DNA of 64,000 nucleotides from an uncultured Smithella sp. (GTDB lineage Bacteria > Desulfobacterota > Syntrophia > Syntrophales > Smithellaceae), in assembly GCA_964581635.1 (NCBI GenBank), contig CAZOPH010000003.1, positions 3-64,002 of the forward strand. The letters run 5' to 3'. Below, piece after piece: positions 26,081-35,897 of the stretch (position 1 is its first letter; each line of letters opens with the position of its first letter). The position numbers and the translations under genes were made by a program. The notes under the pieces are model-generated. The model saw only the letters and a list, made by a program, of their open reading frames with translations, was not told the origin of the DNA and did not search any database.

Positions 26081-26124
26081 CCGGCAATAAAAAAGCCCCT
26101 CCGGAGGGGCTTTTTTATTGCCGG
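26081..26124 (+). terminator. rho-independent terminator (44-nt perfect palindrome)
   Basis: CCGGCAATAAAAAAGCCCCTCC/GGAGGGGCTTTTTTATTGCCGG. The inner GC stem is flanked by A- and T-runs and another T-run follows. It lies 10 nt after the dksA stop. Confidence 0.75.
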
Positions 26125-26180
26125 ATTTTTTTAACGCCCAAATGATTCCCTTTTTTGTTCAAAGATGATAACCAGTTTCC

Positions 26181-28589
26181 ATGTATATAAATGTCGCCCT
26201 TAATATCCCGGTCGATAAACTTTTCACCTATGCGGTACCGGTCAATCTGCAATCTAAGGCTTTAATCGGCAAGAGGGTTTTTGTTCCGTTTGGACGAAGA
26301 AAACGCACGGGATTTATTGTCTCCCTATTGTCTGACTGCACTTTAGCCGATGTTAAACCGGTCAGCCAAATCCTCGACGAAGAACCGCTTTTCGATGAAA
26401 AGGACCTGAAGTTTTATGAATGGATCACCTCTTATTTCATCTATCCACTGGGGAAGACCCTGGCTGAGTTGATTCCCTCGGGATCGGAAAAGAAGGATTT
26501 CCAGTGGGTCATGTCCGCGCCCGATCCCGCAAATACGACGCCCACATCCGCCCAGAAAAAAATTATCGACATCGTCCATCAGCATCCACGCGGACTTTCA
26601 TTGAATGATTTGATTAAAAAATCCGACCTGAAAAACGCGGCATCTGTCGTGCGCAGTCTTCAGATCGCAGGATTCATTCGGATGGTTACCAGGGATAAAA
26701 AGCAGCTTTCCATCCGTACACAAAAAATCATCAGTCTGGATGATTCCGTCGTTGACCCCTTAAGATTAACATCGCGCCAGCAAACAGTCATCGACCACCT
26801 GAAAAAAGCCGGCCCAAAAGAACTTCGTGAACTGATGGCAGCGACCAATACGACTGCCGCCATTATGAAAAAGTTACTGGGAAAAGGCCTGCTGAGAGTA
26901 AGTGACACGGAAGTCATTCGCAAGGCCTTGCTGGACAGCTCCCTGGAGACACCTCGACAGGATTTTGAACTCAACGATGAACAAAAAGACGCGCTCAGAA
27001 GCATCTGCCGCTTTGCCGACAATACGGCTTTCCACCCCGTCCTGCTACACGGCGTTACGGGCAGCGGAAAAACGGAAGTGTATCTTTCAGCGATTGACCA
27101 TGTTTTGAAAACCGGCGGCACGGCCATCTATCTGGTTCCCGAAATCGCCCTCACGCCGCAGTTGATCTCGCGGATTACCGGACGGTTTGATCCGGACAAA
27201 ATCGCTGTCATTCACAGCGGCATCGCCGAAAGCGTCCGCTATGACCAGTGGCGACAAATGCGGCGCGGCCAGATTAACCTGGTCATCGGGGCACGCTCCG
27301 CGCTCTTTGCCCCGCTGTCCAATTTAAAATTAATCATCGTTGATGAAGAACATGACGCATCTTACAAACAAGACGACCGACTGTGCTACCACGCCCGCGA
27401 CTTGGCCATTGTTAAAGCCAAGTTTGTAAATGCTGTCTGCGTTCTCGGATCAGCCACACCGGGTGTCCGCACCTTCTACAATGCCCTAACAAAAAAATAC
27501 GTTCATCTGGAATTGACAAAAAGGGTGAATGACAAATCCCTGCCCCGAATCGACATCATCGACATGAAAGCGCAGAAGGAAATGCACGGCAAAGCCCCGA
27601 TTCTTTCCAACGCGCTTATTGCGGCTATTGACGGAACGCTATCCCGAAAAGAACAGACGCTGCTCTTTCTTAACAAACGTGGCTTCGACACATTCCTGGT
27701 TTGCGGTGACTGCGGCTATAATTTCCGCTGTCCCAACTGCGCTGTTGCACTGAAAAGCCACCTGGCGGAAAATCTAGTCAAGTGCCATTACTGCGACTAT
27801 ACGCAGAAAGCCATGCCGCTTTGTCCCCAGTGCCATGGCAACCGTATCCTCAACTATGGCGCCGGCACGCAGAAGCTGGAAAAGGAGCTGGAAACCCTGT
27901 TTCCCAAAGCACGCATCTGCCGGATGGACTCCGACACCACGGCACGCAAAGGCGTTCAGGAAAAAATTCTTCACGCACTGGAACAAAAGGAAATCGACAT
28001 TCTGGTGGGAACACAAATGATCACCAAGGGACATGACTTTCCGGCAATCACGCTGGTTGGCGTTATCTCGGCGGACACCTCGCTCAACATGCCCGATTTC
28101 CGTGCCTCTGAAAAAACATTCCAGATGCTCACCCAGGTGGCCGGGCGGGGCGGACGGGGCGATGCAACAGGCCGCGTCATTATCCAGACCTTTAATCCCC
28201 AGCACTATGCCTTGCAGCACACGCGCAGTCACAACTACAAATCTTTTTACGAAGAAGAAATTGAATTTCGTAAGGCGCTAAAATACCCGCCCTACAGCCG
28301 GATCATCAGTCTTCGCCTGTCATCGGTTAAGCAAAACGTCCTCGTTAAGACAGCCGATGAATTAGGCCGCGACGCCCGGGCAATTTGCGCGCGCTCAGGC
28401 GACAGCGTGGAGATTATCGGCCCCGCCGAGTCGCCGCTTTCCAAAATCCGGGGCGAACACCGCCAGCAGATGTTAATCAAAGGTTATAACACTAAAATTC
28501 TGCATACCATCGCCACCGAACTCCTAGCGAAATATGAAACCAGTACCGTGAAGATAACTGTGGACGTGGATCCGGAAAATTTCATGTAG
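26181..28589 (+). CDS. priA: primosomal protein N-prime (replication restart helicase PriA)
   Basis: 802 aa. Walker A GVTGSGKTEVY, DEEH box, and Cys-rich zinc region CGDCGYNFRCPNC...CHYCDY...CPQC. Confidence 0.9.
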   Translation: MYINVALNIPVDKLFTYAVPVNLQSKALIGKRVFVPFGRRKRTGFIVSLLSDCTLADVKPVSQILDEEPLFDEKDLKFYEWITSYFIYPLGKTLAELIPSGSEKKDFQWVMSAPDPANTTPTSAQKKIIDIVHQHPRGLSLNDLIKKSDLKNAASVVRSLQIAGFIRMVTRDKKQLSIRTQKIISLDDSVVDPLRLTSRQQTVIDHLKKAGPKELRELMAATNTTAAIMKKLLGKGLLRVSDTEVIRKALLDSSLETPRQDFELNDEQKDALRSICRFADNTAFHPVLLHGVTGSGKTEVYLSAIDHVLKTGGTAIYLVPEIALTPQLISRITGRFDPDKIAVIHSGIAESVRYDQWRQMRRGQINLVIGARSALFAPLSNLKLIIVDEEHDASYKQDDRLCYHARDLAIVKAKFVNAVCVLGSATPGVRTFYNALTKKYVHLELTKRVNDKSLPRIDIIDMKAQKEMHGKAPILSNALIAAIDGTLSRKEQTLLFLNKRGFDTFLVCGDCGYNFRCPNCAVALKSHLAENLVKCHYCDYTQKAMPLCPQCHGNRILNYGAGTQKLEKELETLFPKARICRMDSDTTARKGVQEKILHALEQKEIDILVGTQMITKGHDFPAITLVGVISADTSLNMPDFRASEKTFQMLTQVAGRGGRGDATGRVIIQTFNPQHYALQHTRSHNYKSFYEEEIEFRKALKYPPYSRIISLRLSSVKQNVLVKTADELGRDARAICARSGDSVEIIGPAESPLSKIRGEHRQQMLIKGYNTKILHTIATELLAKYETSTVKITVDVDPENFM

Positions 28590-28621
28590 GATTTTTTAAC
28601 CCTCCCTACCGAAAAAAGTTT

Positions 28622-28654
28622 AAAACGGCAGCGGGAATGACCTATTGCCGTTTT
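28622..28654. terminator. bidirectional hairpin between the convergent priA and paralog A genes
   Basis: AAAACGGCA - 15 nt - TGCCGTTTT. A/T runs sit on both sides of the GC core. Confidence 0.4.
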
Positions 28655-28679
28655 ATTCATTGTGAAGTAATGTTTGCCT

Positions 28680-29135
28680 CTATGCCCGACAAGTTTCCAA
28701 GCGGATGCGATCCTGATAGTATTGTGTGATTTCATGTACGGCATAATCGATGAGCAGCATGATTCTCATCACGGAGTCAATCGCCTGATTATGTTCGATG
28801 GCGTTAATAAAAATCGCCTGGAATTCCGCATAGAGCCACATATGGCGGCGCATCATGTTTAATGCGTAAATGGATTCGTGCAGCGGGATGCCGCTTTCAT
28901 AGCACGTTCTCGCGTAGTGCATGAAAAACTCCTGCGCTTTGTCGTAACGGTTGTCAGCAAACAACATGTTTCTCAACTGGCCGTAAAATTTAATGGCCTG
29001 CAGCACCAGTTTTTCATCGGAAATGTCCTTGTAATGAACCGTTCTCTTGTTTTTCTTTACATCGGCTGCCCAATGCTCAGCTATTTCATCAATGTTGGCT
29101 TCCAGCACGTCCAACAGCTTAATTGACTCTGCCAT
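28680..29135 (-). CDS. hypothetical protein, paralog A of a tandem pair (possible RsbR-N/RsbRD_N-like helical sensor domain)
   Basis: 151 aa, all-helical in appearance. It shares the block GIPLHESIYALNMMRRHMWLYAEFQAIF with the neighbouring gene. Confidence 0.55.
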   Translation of the reverse strand: MAESIKLLDVLEANIDEIAEHWAADVKKNKRTVHYKDISDEKLVLQAIKFYGQLRNMLFADNRYDKAQEFFMHYARTCYESGIPLHESIYALNMMRRHMWLYAEFQAIFINAIEHNQAIDSVMRIMLLIDYAVHEITQYYQDRIRLETCRA

Positions 29136-29181
29136 ATTTTTTGCTCCTTTCTCAAGTGCATAGCGAATAGGGAAACGGAAA

Positions 29182-29640
29182 TTATTTCTTGCCTTTTTCC
29201 TTTTTCATCAATTCCTGATATTCCTTGGTCACCTCATACACAGCATAATCAAAAAGCAGGATTGTACGACTTAAGGTGTCCAGGGCTTGTCGCTGGTCGA
29301 TACCGGCGCTGAAGATCGTCTGGAATTCAGCATATAACCAGATATGTCTTCTCAATAGAATAAGTGCGTAAACCGCCTCATCCATGGGAATGCCCATAGC
29401 GAAACTTTCCTGAGCATAAGTGCGAAAAAATTTTATTGCGCTGTCACCGATTTTTTCATCGGCATACATTTTACTAAAATTCCTATAAAATTTTACACCC
29501 TGATTGATGATGCTCTCTTCTTCCAGCTCCTTATATTTTTTTGTCCGCACATTGTTTCCCACATCCATTGCCCATCGTTTGGCCACCTTCTCCGCATGCT
29601 GTTCGGCTAATTCCACATATTTAATGGCGTAAGTCTTCAT
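29182..29640 (-). CDS. hypothetical protein, paralog B of a tandem pair
   Basis: 152 aa. The block GIPMDEAVYALILLRRHIWLYAEFQTIF and the overall sequence are collinear with 28680-29135. Confidence 0.55.
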   Translation of the reverse strand: MKTYAIKYVELAEQHAEKVAKRWAMDVGNNVRTKKYKELEEESIINQGVKFYRNFSKMYADEKIGDSAIKFFRTYAQESFAMGIPMDEAVYALILLRRHIWLYAEFQTIFSAGIDQRQALDTLSRTILLFDYAVYEVTKEYQELMKKEKGKK

Positions 29641-29816
29641 GCTTTATCTCCTTTCCGTTTGATAATTGCCTAGAAAGATAGTCTTTGATAATACTATAAA
29701 GCATGAAATAAAAATTGACAATAGGAATTTGTTACAAAACCACCAGTCACGGGTAATTCTTGACACATTCTTTTTAATTCCATATAGGTTACGAAGAGTG
29801 ACAAGGATGTAACACG

Positions 29817-30755
29817 ATGACCAAACCACGTATTCTCTTTATGGGCACACCGGCTTTCGCACTGCCCGCCATGGAAATGCTGCATCATGACCGCTACCCG
29901 ATCATGGCAGTGGTCACACAGCCGGACCGTCCCGCGGGGCGGGGACAAAAAGAGCTAGCCCCGCCGGTAAAACTTCTGGCGCAACAATTCGGTTTGCCGG
30001 TTTTGCAGCCCCAGAAAGTGAAAGACCCATCTTTTCTGGAAACGTTTGCTCAGCTCAAACCCGACATGGTGATTGTGGCGGCTTTCGGTCAGATTTTACC
30101 AAAAGCGATCCTTGATTTTCCCCGCTTTGGCTGCCTGAATATCCACCCGTCGCTTTTGCCCAGATACCGTGGCGCGGCGCCAATCAACTGGAGCATCATC
30201 CGTGGTGAAACAAAAACCGGCGTAACGATTATGCTGATGGATGAGGGAATGGATTCCGGGGATATCCTGACGCAGGAAGAAACACCGCTAGTGGGTACAG
30301 AGACGTACGGTGAACTGCATGACCGCCTGGCAAAACAAGGGGCGTCCCTGCTTCTTAAAACCATTGAGCAGGTGGTTAACGGTAAAGCATCCAGACAACA
30401 ACAGGATAAAGCCGGTGTGACGTTTGCCCCTCGACTCACCAAGGAAACAGGCCAAATCAACTGGTACGAAAGCGCTACGAATATCGTCAATCTCATCCGC
30501 GGCTTGAGCCCTGCGCCTGCGGCCTATACATTTTTGGACGGTCAGCCTCTCAAAATATTTACCGCGTCTCCTCTGAATGCGGCAATCATCCAGCAACCTG
30601 GTACCATCGGCGTTTCTAGCACATCAGGCTTACCCGTGGCGGCATCCGATGGTTATGTCATTCTAAAAGACGTTCAGCTCACCGGAAAGAAAAGAATGCC
30701 GATTGCCGACTTTCTGCGCGGCTATCGTCTGCTACCGGGCAATATTTTGGGATAG
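29817..30755 (+). CDS. fmt: methionyl-tRNA formyltransferase
   Basis: ILFMGTPAFA N-terminus and the HPSLLPRYRGAAPI motif. 312 aa. Confidence 0.9.
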   Translation: MTKPRILFMGTPAFALPAMEMLHHDRYPIMAVVTQPDRPAGRGQKELAPPVKLLAQQFGLPVLQPQKVKDPSFLETFAQLKPDMVIVAAFGQILPKAILDFPRFGCLNIHPSLLPRYRGAAPINWSIIRGETKTGVTIMLMDEGMDSGDILTQEETPLVGTETYGELHDRLAKQGASLLLKTIEQVVNGKASRQQQDKAGVTFAPRLTKETGQINWYESATNIVNLIRGLSPAPAAYTFLDGQPLKIFTASPLNAAIIQQPGTIGVSSTSGLPVAASDGYVILKDVQLTGKKRMPIADFLRGYRLLPGNILG

Positions 30756-30890
30756 CAATATGTCGCATTATACTATACTCAATAAACTCGGGTAATTTGG
30801 AATGCGACATGCAGACTTTTCGCGATTTTTATGCGATGGGTCACAGCCGATGTCTAATAAAATAAGCACCCTGTCATTTTTTTCTAAATC

Positions 30891-32237
30891 ATGAAAAAAA
30901 CAATTCGCCATCAGGCCGTGGACATTTTAAACGACGTTTCACAAAGTAGGGCTTTTGCCGGGGATTTGCTGGACGTCTGCCTGAACGAACAAAATCTTTC
31001 CGGCATGGCAGACGGACGACTGGTAACGCATCTGGTTTATGGCGTTCTGCGTCTTCAGGGTCATCTGGACTGGATACTTTCCCAACTCTATAACGGAGAT
31101 TATTCCAGAATGGATCAAGACGTCAAAACCATCTTACGCACCGGGTTGTATCAGCTTAAATTCAGTGACCGTCTGCCGGACTTTGCCGTGGTGGATGAAT
31201 CGGTCAAGATTGCCAAAAAGATTAACCCGGCTGCCAGTGGATTAATTAACGCCGTTTTGAGAAGCTATTTGCGTAACATCGATAAAATTTCCTTTCCCCG
31301 TTTTGATAAAAATCCTGCTGAACATATTGCGACATTTTATTCCCATCCGCTGTGGCTTGCTAAAATGTGGCTCAATATTTTCGATAAAGAAGAAACACTA
31401 GCGTTATGTAAAGCCAATAATGAATTGCCGCCTCTGACTCTCCGCATCAACACATTGAAAATCTCCCGGGAAGCAATGGAAGAAAAGCTTAAATCCAAAG
31501 GCTTCAATTGCACGCCGACGCAGTTTTCACCTCACGGAATCAATCTTCTCGACCCTCCCCGACCCATTCAAAGAACTACATTCTTTAAAGAGGGTCTTTT
31601 ACGTCTTCAGGACGAGGCGCCCCAGCTTATCTCTCATCTGGTCAATCCACAAAGCAGTGAAAGTGTCCTGGATGTCTGTGCAGGTTCCGGCGGCAAAACT
31701 ACTCACTTGGCAGCCCTCATGAATAACAAAGGCTGGATAGTCGCTATGGATCGCGATACAGAAAAAATCGTGCAATTGAAAAAAGAGGCGTCAAGAATGA
31801 GCGTTTCCATCATCGAATCCATGAACGCTGATCTGAGCCATCCACTGCTCTCCGAGTTTTCCAAAAAATTTGACCATGTTCTGGTGGACGCGCCCTGTTC
31901 CGGAACCGGCACGCTTCGACGCAATCCGGAAATCAAGTGGCGTCTCACTGCCTCTGACCTGAATACTTTATTGAAAACTCAGAAAATAATATTGAGCAAT
32001 GCCTCCCATGCCGTTAAAAAGGGTGGTTACTTGATGTATTGCACTTGCTCTATCCTACCCGCTGAAAATGATGAAATAATCCGTCATTTTCTGGCGGACA
32101 ATCCACAATTTATCGTTTGTACGCCCTCTGAAACAATTGTAAGCAATCTGATGGATAGCCATGGTTTTTTCAGGACTTACCCCCACCGCCATAAAATGGA
32201 TGGGTTCTTCGGAGCAATGCTGCGGCGCCTGATTTAA
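30891..32237 (+). CDS. rsmB: 16S rRNA (cytosine-C5)-methyltransferase RsmB (NusB-like N-terminal domain + SAM methyltransferase)
   Basis: VLDVCAGSGGKT, DAPCSGTGTLRRNPE and YCTCS motifs. It follows fmt, as in many bacteria. Confidence 0.85.
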   Translation: MKKTIRHQAVDILNDVSQSRAFAGDLLDVCLNEQNLSGMADGRLVTHLVYGVLRLQGHLDWILSQLYNGDYSRMDQDVKTILRTGLYQLKFSDRLPDFAVVDESVKIAKKINPAASGLINAVLRSYLRNIDKISFPRFDKNPAEHIATFYSHPLWLAKMWLNIFDKEETLALCKANNELPPLTLRINTLKISREAMEEKLKSKGFNCTPTQFSPHGINLLDPPRPIQRTTFFKEGLLRLQDEAPQLISHLVNPQSSESVLDVCAGSGGKTTHLAALMNNKGWIVAMDRDTEKIVQLKKEASRMSVSIIESMNADLSHPLLSEFSKKFDHVLVDAPCSGTGTLRRNPEIKWRLTASDLNTLLKTQKIILSNASHAVKKGGYLMYCTCSILPAENDEIIRHFLADNPQFIVCTPSETIVSNLMDSHGFFRTYPHRHKMDGFFGAMLRRLI

Positions 32238-32296
32238 ATTGACGAACGAAATAAAAAAATGCTAGCGTACGCTCCCATGTTTTTTAAGGAGTCGTT

Positions 32297-32926
32297 ATGT
32301 TCATTCAACAGATGCAGGTAGGCCAGATGGCTGTTTTCGCTTATCTTGTCGGGGATACCATCACCGGCGACGCACTGGTCATTGATCCGGCCGACAATGT
32401 TCATGAGATTCTCGCCAGGGCTGCAAAAAACAACTTACGTATCAACTACATCGTCAACACGCATGGCCATGTGGACCATATCGGCGGCAATGCGGAAATG
32501 AAAAAACTCACCGGCGCTAAAATCATAGTGCACGAAGACGACGCCATCATGCTCACATCTACGCCGGCGATGATGCTCAAAATGTTCGGTGCGAAACAAT
32601 CACCGCCTCCTGATCTTCTGGTCCGGGACAGTCAAATCATCGCTGTGGGAAATGTTGAACTGAAAGTCATCCATACCCCCGGTCACTCTCCCGGAGGCAT
32701 GTGTCTTTACACTCCCGGTTACGTCTTCACTGGAGACACACTGTTTGTGGAAGCCGTTGGCCGCACCGATTTACCCGGCGGTTCCTGGCAAACCATGTAT
32801 AGCGCAATTAAGACAAAGCTTTTTACACTGCCTGATGAAACCAAAGTCATGCCCGGCCACAATTACGGCCGGACGCCAACATCAACCATCGGCCACGAAA
32901 AAAAGTATAACCCCTCAGTTCGCTAA
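32297..32926 (+). CDS. MBL-fold metallo-hydrolase (glyoxalase II-like)
   Basis: NTHGHVDHIGG and HTPGHSPG motifs. 209 aa. Confidence 0.8.
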   Translation: MFIQQMQVGQMAVFAYLVGDTITGDALVIDPADNVHEILARAAKNNLRINYIVNTHGHVDHIGGNAEMKKLTGAKIIVHEDDAIMLTSTPAMMLKMFGAKQSPPPDLLVRDSQIIAVGNVELKVIHTPGHSPGGMCLYTPGYVFTGDTLFVEAVGRTDLPGGSWQTMYSAIKTKLFTLPDETKVMPGHNYGRTPTSTIGHEKKYNPSVR

Positions 32927-32941
32927 AGGAGTAAGTTATCT

Positions 32942-33823
32942 ATGACAAAAAGCATTTCACAGACAAATTTCCCGAAACTAAAATTCCTAAACCGCGGCAA
33001 AGTGCGCGACCTTTACGCAGTTAAGGATTCTTTACTGATCGTAGCCACCGACCGGATATCGGCATTTGATGTCATTATGCCCAACCCAATTCCGGGTAAA
33101 GGCGTCATCCTCAATAAAATGTCCGCCTTCTGGTTTAAACAGATGGAAGATATCATTGGTAACCACATCATTTCGACGGATGCGGCCGATTTTCCCCCGG
33201 AATGCGCACCTTACTTCGAAAGCCTGGAAGGCCGCAGCATGCTGGTCAAAAAAGCAACGCCACTGCCGGTGGAATGTATCGTGCGAGGTTATCTGTCCGG
33301 TTCCGGCTGGAATGATTATCGCCACAGCCAATCGGTTTCCGGCATCAAACTGCCGGGGGGATTAAAGGAATCCTGTAAACTGCCCCAACCGATTTTCACA
33401 CCGACGACCAAAGCACCGGAAGGCGATCACGACTCGCCGATCACCCGTTCAGAAATGGAAGATGTTATCGGGTCGGAACTCACCGGAAAAGTTATCCAAA
33501 AATCTCTGGCTATCTATGAACGGGCGGCATCCATCGCTTTAAAAGCCGGTATTATCATCGCCGACACAAAAATGGAGTTCGGTCTGATCGGCAAAGAATT
33601 GATTCTGATCGATGAATTACTGACACCGGATTCATCCCGCTTCTGGCCGGCCGATGAATACGAAGAAGGCCGGGCGCAAAGAAGTTTTGATAAACAGTTT
33701 TTACGTGATTATCTGCTCTCCCTTCACTGGAATCAGAAACCACCCGCACCCGAATTACCACGGGATATTATTGAAAAAACCAGGGCAAAATATCAGGAAG
33801 CATTCTCCCGACTGGTAAAATAA
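32942..33823 (+). CDS. purC: phosphoribosylaminoimidazole-succinocarboxamide synthase
   Basis: [17 protein letters not shown] and IADTKMEFG motifs. 293 aa, the long PurC form. Confidence 0.9.
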   Translation: MTKSISQTNFPKLKFLNRGKVRDLYAVKDSLLIVATDRISAFDVIMPNPIPGKGVILNKMSAFWFKQMEDIIGNHIISTDAADFPPECAPYFESLEGRSMLVKKATPLPVECIVRGYLSGSGWNDYRHSQSVSGIKLPGGLKESCKLPQPIFTPTTKAPEGDHDSPITRSEMEDVIGSELTGKVIQKSLAIYERAASIALKAGIIIADTKMEFGLIGKELILIDELLTPDSSRFWPADEYEEGRAQRSFDKQFLRDYLLSLHWNQKPPAPELPRDIIEKTRAKYQEAFSRLVK

Positions 33824-33860
33824 TGTTTTGGGGTCATTGACAAAAGTAAAACCGTTACTT

Positions 33861-33897
33861 AATTACGCGGTGTTTATCTGCACCGCGTAATTTTTTT
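33861..33897 (+). terminator. rho-independent terminator after purC
   Basis: AATTACGCGGTG - 8 nt - CACCGCGTAATT followed by a T run. Confidence 0.7.
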
Positions 33898-33910
33898 CAG
33901 GAGGAACTCC

Positions 33911-34309
33911 TTGAGCATAAAAAAACTGCCGGACTACCGATTAAAACAAAAAATATTGTATATTGATAAGACATCCACTTCAACCCTGATCAGTTACGGG
34001 GATTTATATCTGGAAGCGGGAGCAATTTCCGATGCTCTGGACTTCTATGCCAAAGCGGGTCACCAGGCCGGCATGCAGAGAATTAAAGATCTCGCGCTTG
34101 CCAATGGCGACACGTTTATTTTCCAGGGTGCCGCCAAAGCGCTGGGCCATGAACTTCGAGACGACGACTGGGAAAACATAGCCCGTCGGGCCATCGAGCT
34201 TAAAAAATATTTATTTGCACGGCACGCTCTGGAAAAAATCAATAAAGAGGAATTGTTAAACGCGCTTACAACTAAGATGAAAGCGGAGGAAGTAAAACAA
34301 AGCGCATGA
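33911..34309 (+). CDS. hypothetical helical protein translationally coupled to dnaJ
   Basis: TTG start 6 nt after an AGGAGG SD. 132 aa. Its stop overlaps the dnaJ ATG (ATGA). I recognised no motif. Confidence 0.5.
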   Translation: MSIKKLPDYRLKQKILYIDKTSTSTLISYGDLYLEAGAISDALDFYAKAGHQAGMQRIKDLALANGDTFIFQGAAKALGHELRDDDWENIARRAIELKKYLFARHALEKINKEELLNALTTKMKAEEVKQSA

Positions 34310-35364
34310 CCAAAAAGGATTATTACCAAATTCTGGGTGTCGGCAAAACGGCCTCAGACGAAGAGCTAAAAAAAAATTACAGGAAAATAGCCATGCAATG
34401 TCATCCCGATAGAAACCCGGGAGACAAAGAAGCGGAAGAAAAGTTCAAAGAAGCTGCCGAAGCCTATGAAGTTTTAAGCGACAGGCAAAAAAGAGAAATC
34501 TATGATCAATACGGCCACGCGGGTTTGAGCAACACCGGTTTCCAAGGGTTCAGTGGTTTTGATGATGTTTTCTCCAATTTTGGCGATATTTTTGAAGATG
34601 TATTTGGCTTTGGCCGCACCCGGGGACGCGGACGGACAAGGCAAGCCGCAAGAGCCGGCGCTGACTTGCGTTATGATCTTAAAATATCTTTTCTCGACGC
34701 GGCATTCGGTTTGACCACCACTATAGATCTGGAAAAACTTAATACCTGTCATGACTGTCAGGGAACGGGCGCGGCGCCCGGCACCTCTTCTTCGAACTGT
34801 CCAACCTGTCATGGACGAGGTCAAGTTATTCAATCAAGCGGTTTTTTTACCATTAGCTCCACCTGTCCCCATTGTCACGGTCAGGGTAAATTCATCACCA
34901 AGCCCTGTCCGACATGCCGAGGCACCGGCAAAGAACAGCAGCGTAAAACAGTCGAACTGAAAATCCCGGCCGGTGTAGAAACCGGTTCCCGTCTGCGTCT
35001 GCGCGGCGAGGGCGAAGCGGGAGAACAGGGCGGTCCCTGCGGTGATTTGTATGTTTTTTTACAGGTAGAGGATCATGATTTTTTTGTTCGTTCGGATGAC
35101 GATATTATCTGTCGCGTTCCCATCTCATTTGTTCAGGCATCACTCGGCGGCACTGTTACCGTACCAACGTTAGAAGAGTCTGAAAAAATTAAAATTCCTA
35201 GAGGCACTCAAACCGGCCGTACGTTCCGTCTCAAAGGCAAAGGAATCCCTCATTTGCAGGGATACGGCCGGGGAGATCAGATCATTGAAGTCTTTGTACA
35301 GATTCCAACGGTTTTAACCAGAAAGCAGGAAGAGCTCCTGCGAGAGTTTGAAAAGCTCGGATAG
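34306..35364 (+). CDS. dnaJ: molecular chaperone DnaJ (type I J-protein)
   Basis: J domain with HPD (CHPDRNPGD). Gly/Phe-rich region. Four CxxCxGxG motifs ([32 protein letters not shown]). Confidence 0.9.
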   Translation: MTKKDYYQILGVGKTASDEELKKNYRKIAMQCHPDRNPGDKEAEEKFKEAAEAYEVLSDRQKREIYDQYGHAGLSNTGFQGFSGFDDVFSNFGDIFEDVFGFGRTRGRGRTRQAARAGADLRYDLKISFLDAAFGLTTTIDLEKLNTCHDCQGTGAAPGTSSSNCPTCHGRGQVIQSSGFFTISSTCPHCHGQGKFITKPCPTCRGTGKEQQRKTVELKIPAGVETGSRLRLRGEGEAGEQGGPCGDLYVFLQVEDHDFFVRSDDDIICRVPISFVQASLGGTVTVPTLEESEKIKIPRGTQTGRTFRLKGKGIPHLQGYGRGDQIIEVFVQIPTVLTRKQEELLREFEKLG

Positions 35365-35451
35365 TCGGGTATGCCCTTTACATAATAGAGTTGCAATCCG
35401 TCCAACAATATGCATAAAACGCATCAAATTAAATAGTCCGGAGGAGCAACT

Positions 35452-35856
35452 ATGAAAAGCCATAAATATCGCTTCATCGTCTCTCTATTTGTTCTTTTTC
35501 TTTTTTCCGGTTGCGCCACAGCTCTGGTTGTAGGCGGAGCAGCGGTAGGTGCCGGCACAGGAACTTATTTTTATGTCAATGGCAAACTCAAAACAGATTA
35601 TCCCGCTTCTTTCGATAGAGCATGGAGTGCTTGTGAGAAAACGGTCGCGGATATGCGCGGCACGGAAGTTCAACCCGTAAAGGAAATCGCTCAGGGTACA
35701 ATCACAACAGTAATCAATGACGAAAAGGTCAAGTTTGAAATTACCTATCGGGCAAAAAATCAGACCTCTGTCGCGATCCGTGTGGGCCTGGTTGGAAATC
35801 GGTTATCCTCCCAGCTCCTCCACGATAAAATCGCCGAAAATCTGGCCAAACTTTAA
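35452..35856 (+). CDS. DUF3568-like lipoprotein
   Basis: Lipobox LFLFSGC followed by a Gly/Ala-rich linker. 134 aa. GGAGG SD. The family call is from memory. Confidence 0.65.
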   Translation: MKSHKYRFIVSLFVLFLFSGCATALVVGGAAVGAGTGTYFYVNGKLKTDYPASFDRAWSACEKTVADMRGTEVQPVKEIAQGTITTVINDEKVKFEITYRAKNQTSVAIRVGLVGNRLSSQLLHDKIAENLAKL

Positions 35857-35897
35857 CTGATTGCAACAGACATAAAGGCCCGGTTTGTGCCGATATC

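Noticed and set aside
29644-29948. 61-aa and 84-aa minus-strand ORFs in and overlapping the region upstream of fmt
   Set aside because: They have no SD and odd composition. One overlaps the well-supported fmt start, and the region is better explained as a divergent promoter region.
30760-30810. 10-bp inverted repeat ATGTCGCATT ... AATGCGACAT with a 31-nt loop between fmt and rsmB
   Set aside because: The stem is short and the loop very large. No T-tract or recognisable motif follows. I noted it but consider it too weak to call.
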